Source: a virus (lineage: Duplodnaviria; Caudoviricetes). From it: DNA of 38,461 nucleotides. Location: positions 1-38,461 of the IMG/VR virus record IMGVR_UViG_3300033485_000043. One strand, 5' to 3'. Below the pieces are notes generated by a model, which saw nothing but the letters and a program-made list of their open reading frames with translations, had not been told where the DNA came from and searched no databases. Made by a program: the position numbers and the translations under genes. Shown in pieces: positions 9,215-19,358 of the stretch; the stretch's first letter is position 1, and each line of letters opens with the position of its first letter.

Positions 9215-9832
9215 ATGGCCTTGAAGCTCATCACCGCCCCGACGGTCGAACCGGTCAGCCTGGAAGAGGCCCGTCTGTTCCTGCGGATAGATTCAGACCC
9301 CGGGGAAGAGGATGCCCTGATCGCGTCCATGATTACCGCGGCCCGGCAGGAGGCCGAGAAGATCACCCGGCGGCAGTTGATCACCGCGACCTGGGAATTG
9401 AGGCTGGATTACTTCCCGGAGACCATCTATCTGCCCATGCCACCGCTGCAATCGGTGGCGCCCATTGCGCCGGTGGTTATCGGCGGAGTGAAATATCTGG
9501 ATGCGGCGGGGGTGGAGCAGACCTTAACTGAGAATACCGACTATCTGGTGGATACCTATTCGGAGCCGGGCCGGATCACCCCGGCCTATGGGGAGGTGTG
9601 GCCGCCCATTTATCCGGTGCCTAATGCGGTCCGGATCGTTTACAAGGCCGGTTATGGCGATGCCGCCACCTCCGTGCCGGCCGCCATCAAAAACTGGATC
9701 AAGGCCATGGTGGGGTCCCTGTGGGAAAACCGGGAGACGGCGGTGGTGACCCCCTCCACCTTGACCCTGGTGAACCTGGGGTTTCTGGACGGCCTCCTGG
9801 ACAATTACCGGGTTTTCGGGGTGGACTGTTGA
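9215..9832 (+). CDS. Head-tail connector (gp6-like adaptor)
   Basis: TAPTVEPVSLEEARLFLRID, AARQEAEKITRRQLIT, AGYG..VPAAIK, WENRE motifs. Confidence 0.9.
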   Translation: MALKLITAPTVEPVSLEEARLFLRIDSDPGEEDALIASMITAARQEAEKITRRQLITATWELRLDYFPETIYLPMPPLQSVAPIAPVVIGGVKYLDAAGVEQTLTENTDYLVDTYSEPGRITPAYGEVWPPIYPVPNAVRIVYKAGYGDAATSVPAAIKNWIKAMVGSLWENRETAVVTPSTLTLVNLGFLDGLLDNYRVFGVDC

Positions 9833-10152
9833 GGGCCGGCAAACTTCGCCGCCGCCTGGTGATCCAGCAGGCCACCGAAACCCAGGGGGCTACCGGAGAA
9901 ATGGCCGTTACCTGGGGCACCTTTGCCACGGTTTATGGCAGCGTGGAACCGCTCCGGGGCCGGGAATATTTTGCCGCCAAGGAGCAGCGGGCCGAGGTGA
10001 CCACCCGGATCCGGATCAGGTATCGAACCGGGGTCACGCCGAAAATGCAGGTGCTGGATGGCACGAGGCTTTTCCTGATAAACGATGTGATTGATCCCGA
10101 GAGTCGCCACGCCGAGATGCAACTCATGTGCGTGGAAATGGTGGCAACCTGA
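9829..10152 (+). CDS. Head closure / head-tail adaptor (SPP1 gp16-like)
   Basis: Probable TTG start at 9829; RAGKLRRRLVIQ, EPLRGREYF, TRIRIRYR motifs. Confidence 0.88.
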   Translation: MRAGKLRRRLVIQQATETQGATGEMAVTWGTFATVYGSVEPLRGREYFAAKEQRAEVTTRIRIRYRTGVTPKMQVLDGTRLFLINDVIDPESRHAEMQLMCVEMVAT

Positions 10153-10625
10153 TGGCCGATGTGGAAATTAAGGGGCTCGATGATCTTCGCCGGGCTTTAA
10201 TACAACTTCCGAAAGAGATAGATGAAAAATGCCTCAAGATTGCGGTGATGACCGGGGCTAATGTTATTAAAAGGGCGGCCGCTGATTTATGTTTAAGGCG
10301 CACCGGCTTAACTGCCAAAGCTGTCAGGATGGCTTTTAACAAGAAAGAGTCGGCCTACGGGAAGAAGGTTTACCACGTTTTTGTCAGTCGGAAAGTTTAT
10401 CTTGTTTATCCCTGGGGTAAGGATAAAGGGCGAACGGACCATTATGGTGGTAAAAAAATCGATGCTTATTGGTGGCATATCATAGAATTCGGCTCGGTGA
10501 AATGGGTAGGAAAGCCCTTCATGCGTCCGGCCTTTGATAGCACCAACCGGGAAGCGGCGGAAGTTATCAAGGGCAAGCTAGCCGAACGGATTGAAATTGA
10601 GGCGGCGAGGCTGGGGAAAAGATGA
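10152..10625 (+). CDS. HK97 gp10-like tail component
   Basis: IKGLDDL, YWWHIIEFGS, KPFMRPAFD motifs. Confidence 0.88.
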   Translation: MADVEIKGLDDLRRALIQLPKEIDEKCLKIAVMTGANVIKRAAADLCLRRTGLTAKAVRMAFNKKESAYGKKVYHVFVSRKVYLVYPWGKDKGRTDHYGGKKIDAYWWHIIEFGSVKWVGKPFMRPAFDSTNREAAEVIKGKLAERIEIEAARLGKR

Positions 10626-11014
10626 TCGAAGAAACCCTCTTCACCCGCCTTTCAACCTTCGCCGGCTTGACGGCCCTGATCGGCACGGCCCCGGTGCGGC
10701 TCTTTCCGGTGATCATGCCCCAGGGTGTGACCCACCCGGCGGTGACCTACCAGTTGATTTCCGGCCCCCGGGAGGCCGCCCACGGTTCTGATCCGGGGAT
10801 AGTCCATGCCCGGTATCAGTTCACCGCCTGGGCCGCCACGAATGCCGCGGCCCGGAATGTTATCAAGCAGGTTCGCCTGGCCCTGGAGAGATACCGGGTG
10901 AGCGGGGTTCACGACTGCTTTATTGAGACCGAATATGATGTTTTTGATGAGGCCGCTATCCTTCACGGCCGGGGGTTGGATGTGATCGTGCATCATACGG
11001 AGGCCACGTCATGA
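10622..11014 (+). CDS. Tail terminator/completion protein (DUF3168-like)
   Basis: RLFPVIMPQG..PAVTYQLISG, RYQFTAWA; synteny. Confidence 0.8.
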   Translation: MIEETLFTRLSTFAGLTALIGTAPVRLFPVIMPQGVTHPAVTYQLISGPREAAHGSDPGIVHARYQFTAWAATNAAARNVIKQVRLALERYRVSGVHDCFIETEYDVFDEAAILHGRGLDVIVHHTEATS

Positions 11015-12003
11015 GCGAAGCGGTGATCAGCAATGGGAAATGTTACCTGGCTCAATTTGACTTATCCAGCGAACTGAATGCCATCGCCGCAGATATGTCG
11101 GCGGAGGCCCCGGAATCAACCGCCATGGTCGCCCTGGCGGCATCCCCCGCCAAGGCCAGGCTGGGGGGACTGGTGGACACGAAGGTGGCCGTGAACGGGT
11201 TTTTCAATTCGGAGCAGATCATCTTCAATTCCATGGGCCTGGCGAATGTCCCCCTGATCATCGCCCCCACGGGCGCCGATAACACCTCCTGCTTTCTCTT
11301 CCGGCCGGTCCTGGCGAAATATTCGCTGGGCGGCAAACTGGGGGAAGTCTATCCCTACAAGGTTGAAGCGGAAGGGAATGGGCCTTTTGTCTCCGGCACC
11401 ATCCTTCTGCCGAAGCTGGCCCGGATTATCAGCGGGACCGGCACCGGCCGGCAACTCGGGGCGGTGGCCGCCGGAAAGAAAATCTATGCAGTCCTGCATG
11501 TCTTTTCGGCCACCCCCGGCCCCGATACCCTGGACGTGGTTCTGGAAAGCGACGTGAGCGCCGCCTTTCTGACCATCAACCGGATCGCCGCCACCCTGGG
11601 GGTCGGGTTCAGCATTAATGACGCCGGTGACGGTTATGCGGTCAACGATGTGATTACGGTGGTGCAGTCCGGGGGCTCCGGAGGCACCCTGACCGTGACC
11701 AGTATTTCCGGCGGCGGCGGCACCGGGCCGGTGACCGGACTCACTCTCACCACCCCGGGCACCGGTTATGCGATTGCCAATGGGCTGGCCACGACCGTGG
11801 CCCCGGTGGGGGGCACCGGCTTCAAACTTAACATCCTGGCCCTGACCGACACGCCGGTGATCACCTTCACCCAAAAAACCGCCGTGGGATCCGAATGGAA
11901 GGAAGCCGCCGGGCCGTTTACCGATGATTACTGGCGGGTGAAATATACGGTTGGCGGAGTTGACCCCAGCTTTACCTTCGCGGTGGGGGTGGGCATCCTT
12001 TAA
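11011..12003 (+). CDS. Tail-tube-like protein with Gly/Thr-rich C-terminal extension
   Basis: N-terminal domain is similar to the downstream tube gene (AEAPESTAM...RLGGLVD). Confidence 0.6.
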   Translation: MSEAVISNGKCYLAQFDLSSELNAIAADMSAEAPESTAMVALAASPAKARLGGLVDTKVAVNGFFNSEQIIFNSMGLANVPLIIAPTGADNTSCFLFRPVLAKYSLGGKLGEVYPYKVEAEGNGPFVSGTILLPKLARIISGTGTGRQLGAVAAGKKIYAVLHVFSATPGPDTLDVVLESDVSAAFLTINRIAATLGVGFSINDAGDGYAVNDVITVVQSGGSGGTLTVTSISGGGGTGPVTGLTLTTPGTGYAIANGLATTVAPVGGTGFKLNILALTDTPVITFTQKTAVGSEWKEAAGPFTDDYWRVKYTVGGVDPSFTFAVGVGIL

Positions 12004-12027
12004 TCAAGGTTAAAAGGAGTATTGATT

Positions 12028-12447
12028 ATGGCAGCTTTCGTTTTCACCAACGGCTTCATTACCATCGCCACCACGGACCTTTCGGATCACCTCCGCTCCT
12101 GCAGCATTGACTACAATGCGGAGGCCCCGGAAACCACGGCCATGCAGGACGTGTCAGTTCCGGTCAAATCCCGCCTCGGCGGCCTGGTGGATTGGAAGGT
12201 GGACCTGGAGTTGAACCAGGATTTTGCCGCCCTGAAAACCCATGCCACCCTGTTCACCCTGGTGGGAACGGTGGTGGCCCTGGTGCTGCAGCCGGTGAAC
12301 GACACCGAAGGGGCTACCAACCCGAAGTTCACCGGCAACGCGGTCCTGACTAAATACAACCCCATGGGCGGCAAGGTGGGCGACGTGATGGTCACCAAAT
12401 GCGAATTTGTGGGGACCGGCGCCCTGACCCTGGATACTGCCCCGTAA
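12028..12447 (+). CDS. Major tail tube protein
   Basis: AAGGAG RBS; DLSDHLRSCSIDYNAEAPETTAM...TNPKFTGNAVLTKYNPMGGKVGD; lies just before the tail chaperone. Confidence 0.8.
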   Translation: MAAFVFTNGFITIATTDLSDHLRSCSIDYNAEAPETTAMQDVSVPVKSRLGGLVDWKVDLELNQDFAALKTHATLFTLVGTVVALVLQPVNDTEGATNPKFTGNAVLTKYNPMGGKVGDVMVTKCEFVGTGALTLDTAP

Positions 12448-12466
12448 ATCGGGGGAAGGAGATTTT

Positions 12467-12865
12467 ATGGCTAAACTGCTTGGGAGAGCAGAGATTCTGG
12501 GGAAACAGGATCGGACTTATCAAGATGTGAATGTGCCGGAGTGGGGCGGCAAGGTCCGGGTGCAATCCCTCACCGGGACGGAACGGGATCAGTGGGAAAC
12601 GGCCTGTCAGGAGCAGCGGGGCAAGGACAAGGTTTTCTCCACCGACAAACTCCGGGAAAAGCTCCTCTCGTTTTGCCTGGTGGACGCGGAGGGCAAGAAG
12701 CTCTTCTCCGAGGGGGACATTGCCCTCCTGGCGGAGAAGAACGCCGCGGCCCTGACCCGGCTTTTCGACGTCGCCCGGAAACTGAATGCGATTGGAACCC
12801 AGGATGTGGAGGAGCTAACAAAAAACTCCGAAGCCGCCCCGAGCGGCGCTTCTATTTCAGCCTAG
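12467..12865 (+). CDS. Tail assembly chaperone (gpG-like)
   Basis: VPEWGGKVRVQSLTGTERD motif; position before tape measure. Confidence 0.88.
   Translation: MAKLLGRAEILGKQDRTYQDVNVPEWGGKVRVQSLTGTERDQWETACQEQRGKDKVFSTDKLREKLLSFCLVDAEGKKLFSEGDIALLAEKNAAALTRLFDVARKLNAIGTQDVEELTKNSEAAPSGASISA
12820..12826 (+). other. -1 programmed frameshift slippery site A AAA AAC giving a G-T fusion ending at 13029
   Basis: In-frame heptamer; the -1 frame is open to 13029 (RRFYFSLAKEV...LSSRELSEWRAF). Confidence 0.85.
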
Positions 12866-13028
12866 CCAAAGAGGTTTTTCATATGCCGGTGGAGGAAATG
12901 CTTGCCCGTTTAAGCTCTCGGGAATTAAGCGAATGGCGGGCATTCTTTATTTTGGAGAATGAGGATTTTGAAGAACGCAAGCTGGCCAATCAGTCCCGGG
13001 CCGACGTGCAGACAAGGATGAGCCGTTA

Positions 13029-15242
13029 ATGGCAACCCTGGGTAGCCTGATCATCAGCCTGGAGGCCAACACCGCCAAGTTTGAAGCGGCGATGTCGAAG
13101 GCCGAATATGCCGCGAAAAAAGCCTCTGACAATATCATCGGGGCCCTAAAGGTTGTCGGCGTCGCCATGGCCGGGATGTTTTCCCTTTCCTCCCTGGACG
13201 CCGCCTTTTCTCGTATCACCACCATGGAGTCTAACCTGCTCAAGGTGGCCAATCGCCTCAATACCACCACCGAAACCCTTTCCTCTTTTTCGGTCATGGC
13301 CCGGAAGACCGGCATGGATTCTGACTCGTTCAACATGGCTTTGACGCGCATGGAGAAGGGGCTTTCTGCCGCGGCGAAAGGGGCTGAGACGGCCACGGGG
13401 AAATTTGACGAGGAAGGGGAGGAAATTCTTAAGGTTGCTTCCACTTATGCCGAGTTGGGCCTGAAGGCGGAGATTGTCGCCAAACTTCCCCTGGAGCAGC
13501 AGCTTCTCGCCATGGCCGCGGCCATGAAATCCAACATCGCCCCTTCGGACCAGGTACGGATCGCCATGGAGTTATTTGGCCGGGGCGGCGCCGGGATGGT
13601 GACTATCCTCAAGGAAGGCCCGGAGGCGATGCAGAAATGGATTGACCGGGCCACCGAATTGGGGCTGATTACCACCGATATGGCGAAGCGGGCCTCAGAA
13701 GCTAAAAGCGCGGCGGGTGATTTGTCGCTGGCGTGGGAGGGGTTTGCCCGGACCTTGGTTGATGCGGTGGCCCCGGCCATCGCCACAGTTCTAAATTATC
13801 TCACCGATTTGATGGCGCACCGCCAAAAGATCATGGCTGAGTTGGCCCAACCTATGATGGCGGCGCACGGCGGGGCATTGGAATTAGACCCGGAAGCTGT
13901 CAAGGCGGCTCCAAGCACGGCTTACACCTCCGCCTTGACCACCCCATCCCGGACTAAACCTACGGTGGCCGGCAAGGGCGGCGGCGGCAAGGGCGGCGGC
14001 GGGGACATGGGCCTGGACCGGATGCAGAGCCTCATTGATACCCTGCAAAAAGACCTCTCCCGGCTGACTGAGGGCAGCCTGGCCGAAATAGATGCTTGGG
14101 CGGTGAAGATTGTCAGGGACATTGAAAAAGTCGGCAAGAAAGGGGCGGACACCGAGCAGGCCCTGGCTTTGGTGGCCCAGGTGGAGGCCGGGAAAAAGAA
14201 GAAAGTCACTGAGGATTACGAAGGGTTTGTAGCCAAGGAAAGCGGCGATTCCTATAAAGCCATTGAAGCCGAGGCGAATGCCTGGCTCACCAAATATAAG
14301 GGGTTCGCCGGGGCGGAAGAGCAAATCGCCAGCATCAAGGCGGGGAAAATCTGGGACTTGGATGTTGCGAACTCCGAGAAGCGCCTGGGGATGCAGAAGA
14401 GCGTCCTGGATGCCCTGGCCCAGGAGTCGCCCTTCCTCTCCCAACAGCTCATGTTCAAGGCCAAGATCCTCCCCCTGGAAATCGAACTCAACCGCCTGGC
14501 CATGGAACGGATGATATTTGAAAACAAGATCGGCCGGGCCCAGGCGGATGAGCTCCGGGGTTTGCAGGCCCTGGCAAATCAGGCCAAGAAATATAATTTG
14601 GAAAGGGAGGAGTGGAGATCACAAGGGATGGGAGGTGGTATCAGGGTGGCCGCCGTGGATATGAAACAGCAGGCCGATATCTGGGCGGCAGATCAAACTG
14701 CGGCATTAATGAAAAGCATGCCCGAACAGGTTTCCAGTTCTATGGCAACTTTTTTTGTCGATACCCTGAAAGGTAAACAAACTGATTTCATGGCCATGGG
14801 CGAAGCCATGGCCACCAGTGTGATCCAGAAATTACTTGAAGGAGTGATGGTGCAAATAATTCCTGCCCTGGCCGAAGGGATCGGCGGCATCATGGGCGGT
14901 ATTGGCGGGGGTGGTGGAGGAGGTATTTTTGGGTCAATCCTGGGGGTAGTGGGCGGCATCTTTGGGTTTCATGAGGGTGGAATCATAACGGCTCACGGCG
15001 GCTGGCCGCTGGCTTCCGATGAAAAACTTATCAAGGCCCAAACCGGGGAAAGGGTTTTGAGTCGGAGCCAAAATAAGGCTTATGAAGCTGGCGGTGCGAC
15101 CTTTCATTATGCCCCGGTGGTCAATGCTATAGATGCTCAAGGGGTTGAAAAGGTTTTAGAAAAGCATGGTAAGGCCATGTTGAGAGCTATCAATAAACAC
15201 ATCGGCCCCCGGGGCCAGAAGCTGGGGGACGGGAGGTATTAA
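13029..15242 (+). CDS. Tape measure protein
   Basis: Ala-rich helical 737 aa, MATLGSLIISLEANTAKF start, AMELFGRGG, C-terminal FHEGG. Confidence 0.93.
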   Translation: MATLGSLIISLEANTAKFEAAMSKAEYAAKKASDNIIGALKVVGVAMAGMFSLSSLDAAFSRITTMESNLLKVANRLNTTTETLSSFSVMARKTGMDSDSFNMALTRMEKGLSAAAKGAETATGKFDEEGEEILKVASTYAELGLKAEIVAKLPLEQQLLAMAAAMKSNIAPSDQVRIAMELFGRGGAGMVTILKEGPEAMQKWIDRATELGLITTDMAKRASEAKSAAGDLSLAWEGFARTLVDAVAPAIATVLNYLTDLMAHRQKIMAELAQPMMAAHGGALELDPEAVKAAPSTAYTSALTTPSRTKPTVAGKGGGGKGGGGDMGLDRMQSLIDTLQKDLSRLTEGSLAEIDAWAVKIVRDIEKVGKKGADTEQALALVAQVEAGKKKKVTEDYEGFVAKESGDSYKAIEAEANAWLTKYKGFAGAEEQIASIKAGKIWDLDVANSEKRLGMQKSVLDALAQESPFLSQQLMFKAKILPLEIELNRLAMERMIFENKIGRAQADELRGLQALANQAKKYNLEREEWRSQGMGGGIRVAAVDMKQQADIWAADQTAALMKSMPEQVSSSMATFFVDTLKGKQTDFMAMGEAMATSVIQKLLEGVMVQIIPALAEGIGGIMGGIGGGGGGGIFGSILGVVGGIFGFHEGGIITAHGGWPLASDEKLIKAQTGERVLSRSQNKAYEAGGATFHYAPVVNAIDAQGVEKVLEKHGKAMLRAINKHIGPRGQKLGDGRY

Positions 15243-15523
15243 TCCTTAACCGGAGTTGGAATATTATGCGCCAATTTCCATTCGGGGAATGTCATTACGG
15301 GTTGGGGTTTCAAATGAACTTTTTCTCTGTCAAAGTTCAATTTTTCAGCATCGGTTTTATAACTATTATAGGTTTGCAGATTACGGGCCTCGGCCTCTTT
15401 TTGAGCCGCCTCATCATGGGATGAACTGATGGTATAAGCGCCATATCCAACGGCGGCAGCTAAACAACCCTGCGCACCAACGGATAAGGCAAGCACGATA
15501 CATAACAAAATATACTTTTTCAT
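15239..15523 (-). CDS. Small lipoprotein moron (possible superinfection exclusion)
   Basis: MKKYILLCIVLALSVGAQGC lipobox, AAGGAG RBS, AT-rich, antisense inside the tail operon. Confidence 0.7.
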   Translation of the reverse strand: MKKYILLCIVLALSVGAQGCLAAAVGYGAYTISSSHDEAAQKEAEARNLQTYNSYKTDAEKLNFDREKVHLKPQPVMTFPEWKLAHNIPTPVKD

Positions 15524-15588
15524 AAATTCTCCTTTAGTGATTTTGATAACAAATTAAGACTTTTCGTTAAGAAAGTAAAGAGAAAACC

Positions 15589-15969
15589 ATGGCTGGCAAA
15601 CTCATTTACCCGACCGACGATCCCTCTCCCAGCACATACACCTTTGTCAAAAATTACGACTATGGCCACCGGGTGGGATATCTCGACGGCCTGGATGATC
15701 AGGTGCGGGGCCTGGACGGGACGCTTAACAGTTACGCCGGGCCTCAGAAAAAAACTTATGAACTGACATTCTCCAAGGCGCTCAAGACGCAATTTGATTT
15801 TTTCATGGCCCTGTGGGCGTTGCAATGCCACTGCGATCTTTATCTGGACGGCACGAATAAGGACGCCACGGTGAAGATGATGGCCCCGCCTCAAGGGGGG
15901 TCAGAGGCGGCCTTTGAAGTCCCGGGGGAGCCCACTTACTCTTTTGACATTCGTTTTGAAGAGGTTTAG
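15589..15969 (+). CDS. Putative distal tail protein
   Basis: Synteny after tape measure, small beta-rich ORF. Confidence 0.55.
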   Translation: MAGKLIYPTDDPSPSTYTFVKNYDYGHRVGYLDGLDDQVRGLDGTLNSYAGPQKKTYELTFSKALKTQFDFFMALWALQCHCDLYLDGTNKDATVKMMAPPQGGSEAAFEVPGEPTYSFDIRFEEV

Positions 15970-15971
15970 CG

Positions 15972-18900
15972 ATGCTGGCCGCCGGCGCCGAATATCAGGA
16001 ATACGAAGCCCTTGTAACCGGGGCGGCGCCGGCGGTGCGGGCCTCAATCCTCCCCTACTTCTGGCCCACCGGGGTCAATGCGGACGGCAGCTTCACCAGT
16101 TGCATCTATGTGGGGCCGGACCGGATTCAGGCGGACTATGAGGGGTTCACCGGGGGCGAATGGATTTCGCCGGTGCTCACCGCCAACCTGCAGGTGCCTA
16201 CCTCCCCGGCGGTGGTCACCTGGGATTACAACACCCCGGGGTTTGACTCCCTGCTCTACTACCGGGGGGCCAATGATACCACGGCCCTGGCCGCGTCCGC
16301 CTGGACGCTGGTTAACCAGGGCGACACCATCCAGATATTCCCCTTCTATCAATTCAAGTTGACCCTGGAGGGCTACCGGGCCTGGGCGGAAGATAGTTCA
16401 ACCGGGGATCGGGAACTTAACCTTACCCTGTTTGTGGCGCTGGTCAATGAATCAACCGACCTCGATAATTTTGATTGGGATTTTGAGCAGGATTTCGACC
16501 TGGATCAGTTTATCGAGTTGATCAATGCCTTGCCGGAAAGCATCCTGGAATGGGATTTGCCCCTCGACGTATTAGGGGATGATTTTACGGCCTGGGCGGT
16601 GGACACGGCAGGGGTTGAGGCTGAAGAGGGCTACGCCAGCGACGCCAATGTCCCCGGCGATTCCCTCACTTATATCGAAGCCCTGGCCCTCCTGGGGCAA
16701 TTTACGGTCGTGCAGGATATTGAATGGGCCGGCAGCGTGTCCCTGGAGGCCCCCAAGGACTTCTCCGACCTGGTGGCCGGTTCCCATAGCGGGTTGCTCC
16801 TGAACAACCGCCAGAAGGACGGGGCGGGGCTGCCGGCGCCGCGTTATTCCCCTGACAAATCCTCCTTCCTGTTTGCCGATGAAGATGACTGGTATGGCAA
16901 GCAGCTTAAAATGGAGCTCGGCTGGCGGCGCCGGGCGAGCTGGGGGACCACCGGGTTCTGGAAATTTTTGGAAAACCTCTTAGATTCCTCCGGGGAAGGG
17001 CATGAGCTCACCTGGCAGGGCGGCGGCTCCCCGGCTTACACGACAGGCCTGCTGCCCGGGACCACGGCGGTAGTGCTGGACGGGGCGCATTATGCGTCGG
17101 CGGCCAATCATGCCGATTTCAACCCCGGAACTGGAACCTTGTCTATTGAGGTGGTAGTTGAGTTTGATGAACTACCTGCATCAAACGGGGTCTTGGTTGG
17201 TAAGCGGGATGCAACTTCAAAAGGGTATCTTTTTTATTGGGGTGTAGACTGTATCCGTGTTGCCCTTATAGAAGATTTAATCTCAAAATATTATTCTGGA
17301 TATTTCGTCAGCCCAGCAATGCAAACAGGAGTAAAGTATTATTTTGTGGTAACTTGGGATTCTTCTGATGACCTGCGAGTGTACCTTAATGGATCGCCAA
17401 TAGCTCTTACTTATGACCAGGGAAGCAAACAATCGCTTAATCTGGACACTACGACTCCATTTTGTGTGGGTGGTTTGAACACTGGAAGTTCTGAAGTATA
17501 TCAACTCGATGGAAAAATTGATCTGGTCCGCTTCCATAAGGGCCGGGCCCTGACCGCCGCCGAGATTGCCGCCAATTATGCCGGGTTCCTGGTGGGGATG
17601 CCATATGAGGTGGGCTTATCCTCTGACTATACTGAATTTTTGACGCTGTTCCTGGGGAAGATTACCAAGTGGGGGCCGGTCACCCGGGCCTTGGAATCGC
17701 CCAATAACGTGGAAATTTACGCCAAGGATTTTATTACCGACTGCCTGCAAAAGCGCATATGCCTGCCCGCCGCCGATGGCAGCCCCGCCCCTCTGACCTT
17801 TGGGGAATTTCTCTGCCAGGGCGAGGCGATTTCCGGCTGGTCCCCGGCCCCGCTGATCCGGTCCGCCTATTTTGAGGCCAATGATTACAGTGAACTGGAC
17901 GGCACCGTGGAATCGGGCGGCGGGGCGGTGTCATTGATCACCCCCGGCCTCACGGGCACCCGGGCCTTCCGGGCCGCCACGACCGGGGCGAACCAGGCGG
18001 CTTACGGACTATTTCATATTGATAACAACAGTGAAATTTTTGTTACGGGGAATATGCGGTTCTCGGCAATTCCCGGCGCCATTGTCGATTATAACCTGAC
18101 GATCTTTCAGATCATCGGATCTACGAATTTCAATATTTTCGTGGATCACACCGGGGCGATCTACGGGAGTCAGGGGGGGCAGACCAAGTTCAATATCCTG
18201 GCCTACCAGGATGTGCCCTTGCCCTTTGCCATGTGGCTGGCGCCTACCAACCCGGGCTATGCCAAGTTCTGGATCAATGGGGAAGAGGTTATCAATGCTT
18301 CCCGGGGCAATTTTTCGGGGTTCCTGCCCACCGAGTTCCGGTTCGGGGCGCAGACCGGGGCCACCGCCGAGACCTGGACTCTGGATTTCGACGACATCGA
18401 GATCCGCTATAAATATTACAACGAAGCCTTTCAGGTCTCCGGCGGCCCCTTTACCGAGATTGGCCCGGTTTATGTCAATAATATCGCCCAGCCTGACAGC
18501 CAGGTTATCGGCGCCTATACTCAGACCCTTACTCGATTCCCTCAATACGGTTTAGTGACCATTGCCAGTAATGACCCGGAATTTAAGCCCCCGAGTGATG
18601 TTCTTATCCGGGTGGTGGAAAATGCCGGGGGACGCCACGCCCTGTATATCATTGAGGCCCTCCTGGCCGCCGCCGGGGTGACCGCCTATGTCGACGCAAC
18701 CGCCTTGGCCGCGGCTTATGCCGCGGTCCCCGATGATATTATCCACGCCCGGTTTGAAGGTGGAGAAGCCGACAAGCAGGGCTTGAAAGATTTCGCCTCC
18801 CTGGGCCTGCCCATCGCCGACGCGCTCAAGGAGGTTTGTTCCCGGTGCCTTTACTGGATTTTTGTTGATGCCGGGGTGATCAAGATTGTGCCCTACCTGG

Positions 18901-19358
18901 GCACGCCGCCGAGCGGCCCGGTCCTGGCCCTCACCGGCTCGAATATGCGGGAAGCCGGCCAGATCATTGACATGGATAGCTTAAACGCCTTCGTTACCGG
19001 GATTTATGGCTGGTACGCTCGCAATTCCAGCCTGTTTTATACGGCCGGCGATACCACGGCCGGCGGCCAGGGGACCGGCCTGGATTTCTCCTGGGACGGC
19101 CCGGTGGCCTGTGAATCTCTGCCGGTGGTCAAGGCCAAGGTTGATTTGCTCCTGAAGTTTCTGAGTGCTCAGGATCGGGTAGACCCGGTAAGCCTTAATC
19201 TGGCCGGCGCCCGCCTGGAGTTAATGGATCCGGTGAGCCTGGCGGATGATTTGTTGAACGATGCGGCGCAGAATTACTGGATTACCCGAAAGGAAGTCAA
19301 CCTTGATCCGGGGAGCCAGGGGACCAGCTTACAACTCATGCGGTTTTTGGGGGAATAA
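15972..19358 (+). CDS. Large tail tip/baseplate protein with LamG-like (ConA) domain
   Basis: 1128 aa; LamG motifs YYFVVTWD..LRVYLNG, LDGKIDLVRF..RALTAAEI. Confidence 0.8.
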   Translation: MLAAGAEYQEYEALVTGAAPAVRASILPYFWPTGVNADGSFTSCIYVGPDRIQADYEGFTGGEWISPVLTANLQVPTSPAVVTWDYNTPGFDSLLYYRGANDTTALAASAWTLVNQGDTIQIFPFYQFKLTLEGYRAWAEDSSTGDRELNLTLFVALVNESTDLDNFDWDFEQDFDLDQFIELINALPESILEWDLPLDVLGDDFTAWAVDTAGVEAEEGYASDANVPGDSLTYIEALALLGQFTVVQDIEWAGSVSLEAPKDFSDLVAGSHSGLLLNNRQKDGAGLPAPRYSPDKSSFLFADEDDWYGKQLKMELGWRRRASWGTTGFWKFLENLLDSSGEGHELTWQGGGSPAYTTGLLPGTTAVVLDGAHYASAANHADFNPGTGTLSIEVVVEFDELPASNGVLVGKRDATSKGYLFYWGVDCIRVALIEDLISKYYSGYFVSPAMQTGVKYYFVVTWDSSDDLRVYLNGSPIALTYDQGSKQSLNLDTTTPFCVGGLNTGSSEVYQLDGKIDLVRFHKGRALTAAEIAANYAGFLVGMPYEVGLSSDYTEFLTLFLGKITKWGPVTRALESPNNVEIYAKDFITDCLQKRICLPAADGSPAPLTFGEFLCQGEAISGWSPAPLIRSAYFEANDYSELDGTVESGGGAVSLITPGLTGTRAFRAATTGANQAAYGLFHIDNNSEIFVTGNMRFSAIPGAIVDYNLTIFQIIGSTNFNIFVDHTGAIYGSQGGQTKFNILAYQDVPLPFAMWLAPTNPGYAKFWINGEEVINASRGNFSGFLPTEFRFGAQTGATAETWTLDFDDIEIRYKYYNEAFQVSGGPFTEIGPVYVNNIAQPDSQVIGAYTQTLTRFPQYGLVTIASNDPEFKPPSDVLIRVVENAGGRHALYIIEALLAAAGVTAYVDATALAAAYAAVPDDIIHARFEGGEADKQGLKDFASLGLPIADALKEVCSRCLYWIFVDAGVIKIVPYLGTPPSGPVLALTGSNMREAGQIIDMDSLNAFVTGIYGWYARNSSLFYTAGDTTAGGQGTGLDFSWDGPVACESLPVVKAKVDLLLKFLSAQDRVDPVSLNLAGARLELMDPVSLADDLLNDAAQNYWITRKEVNLDPGSQGTSLQLMRFLGE

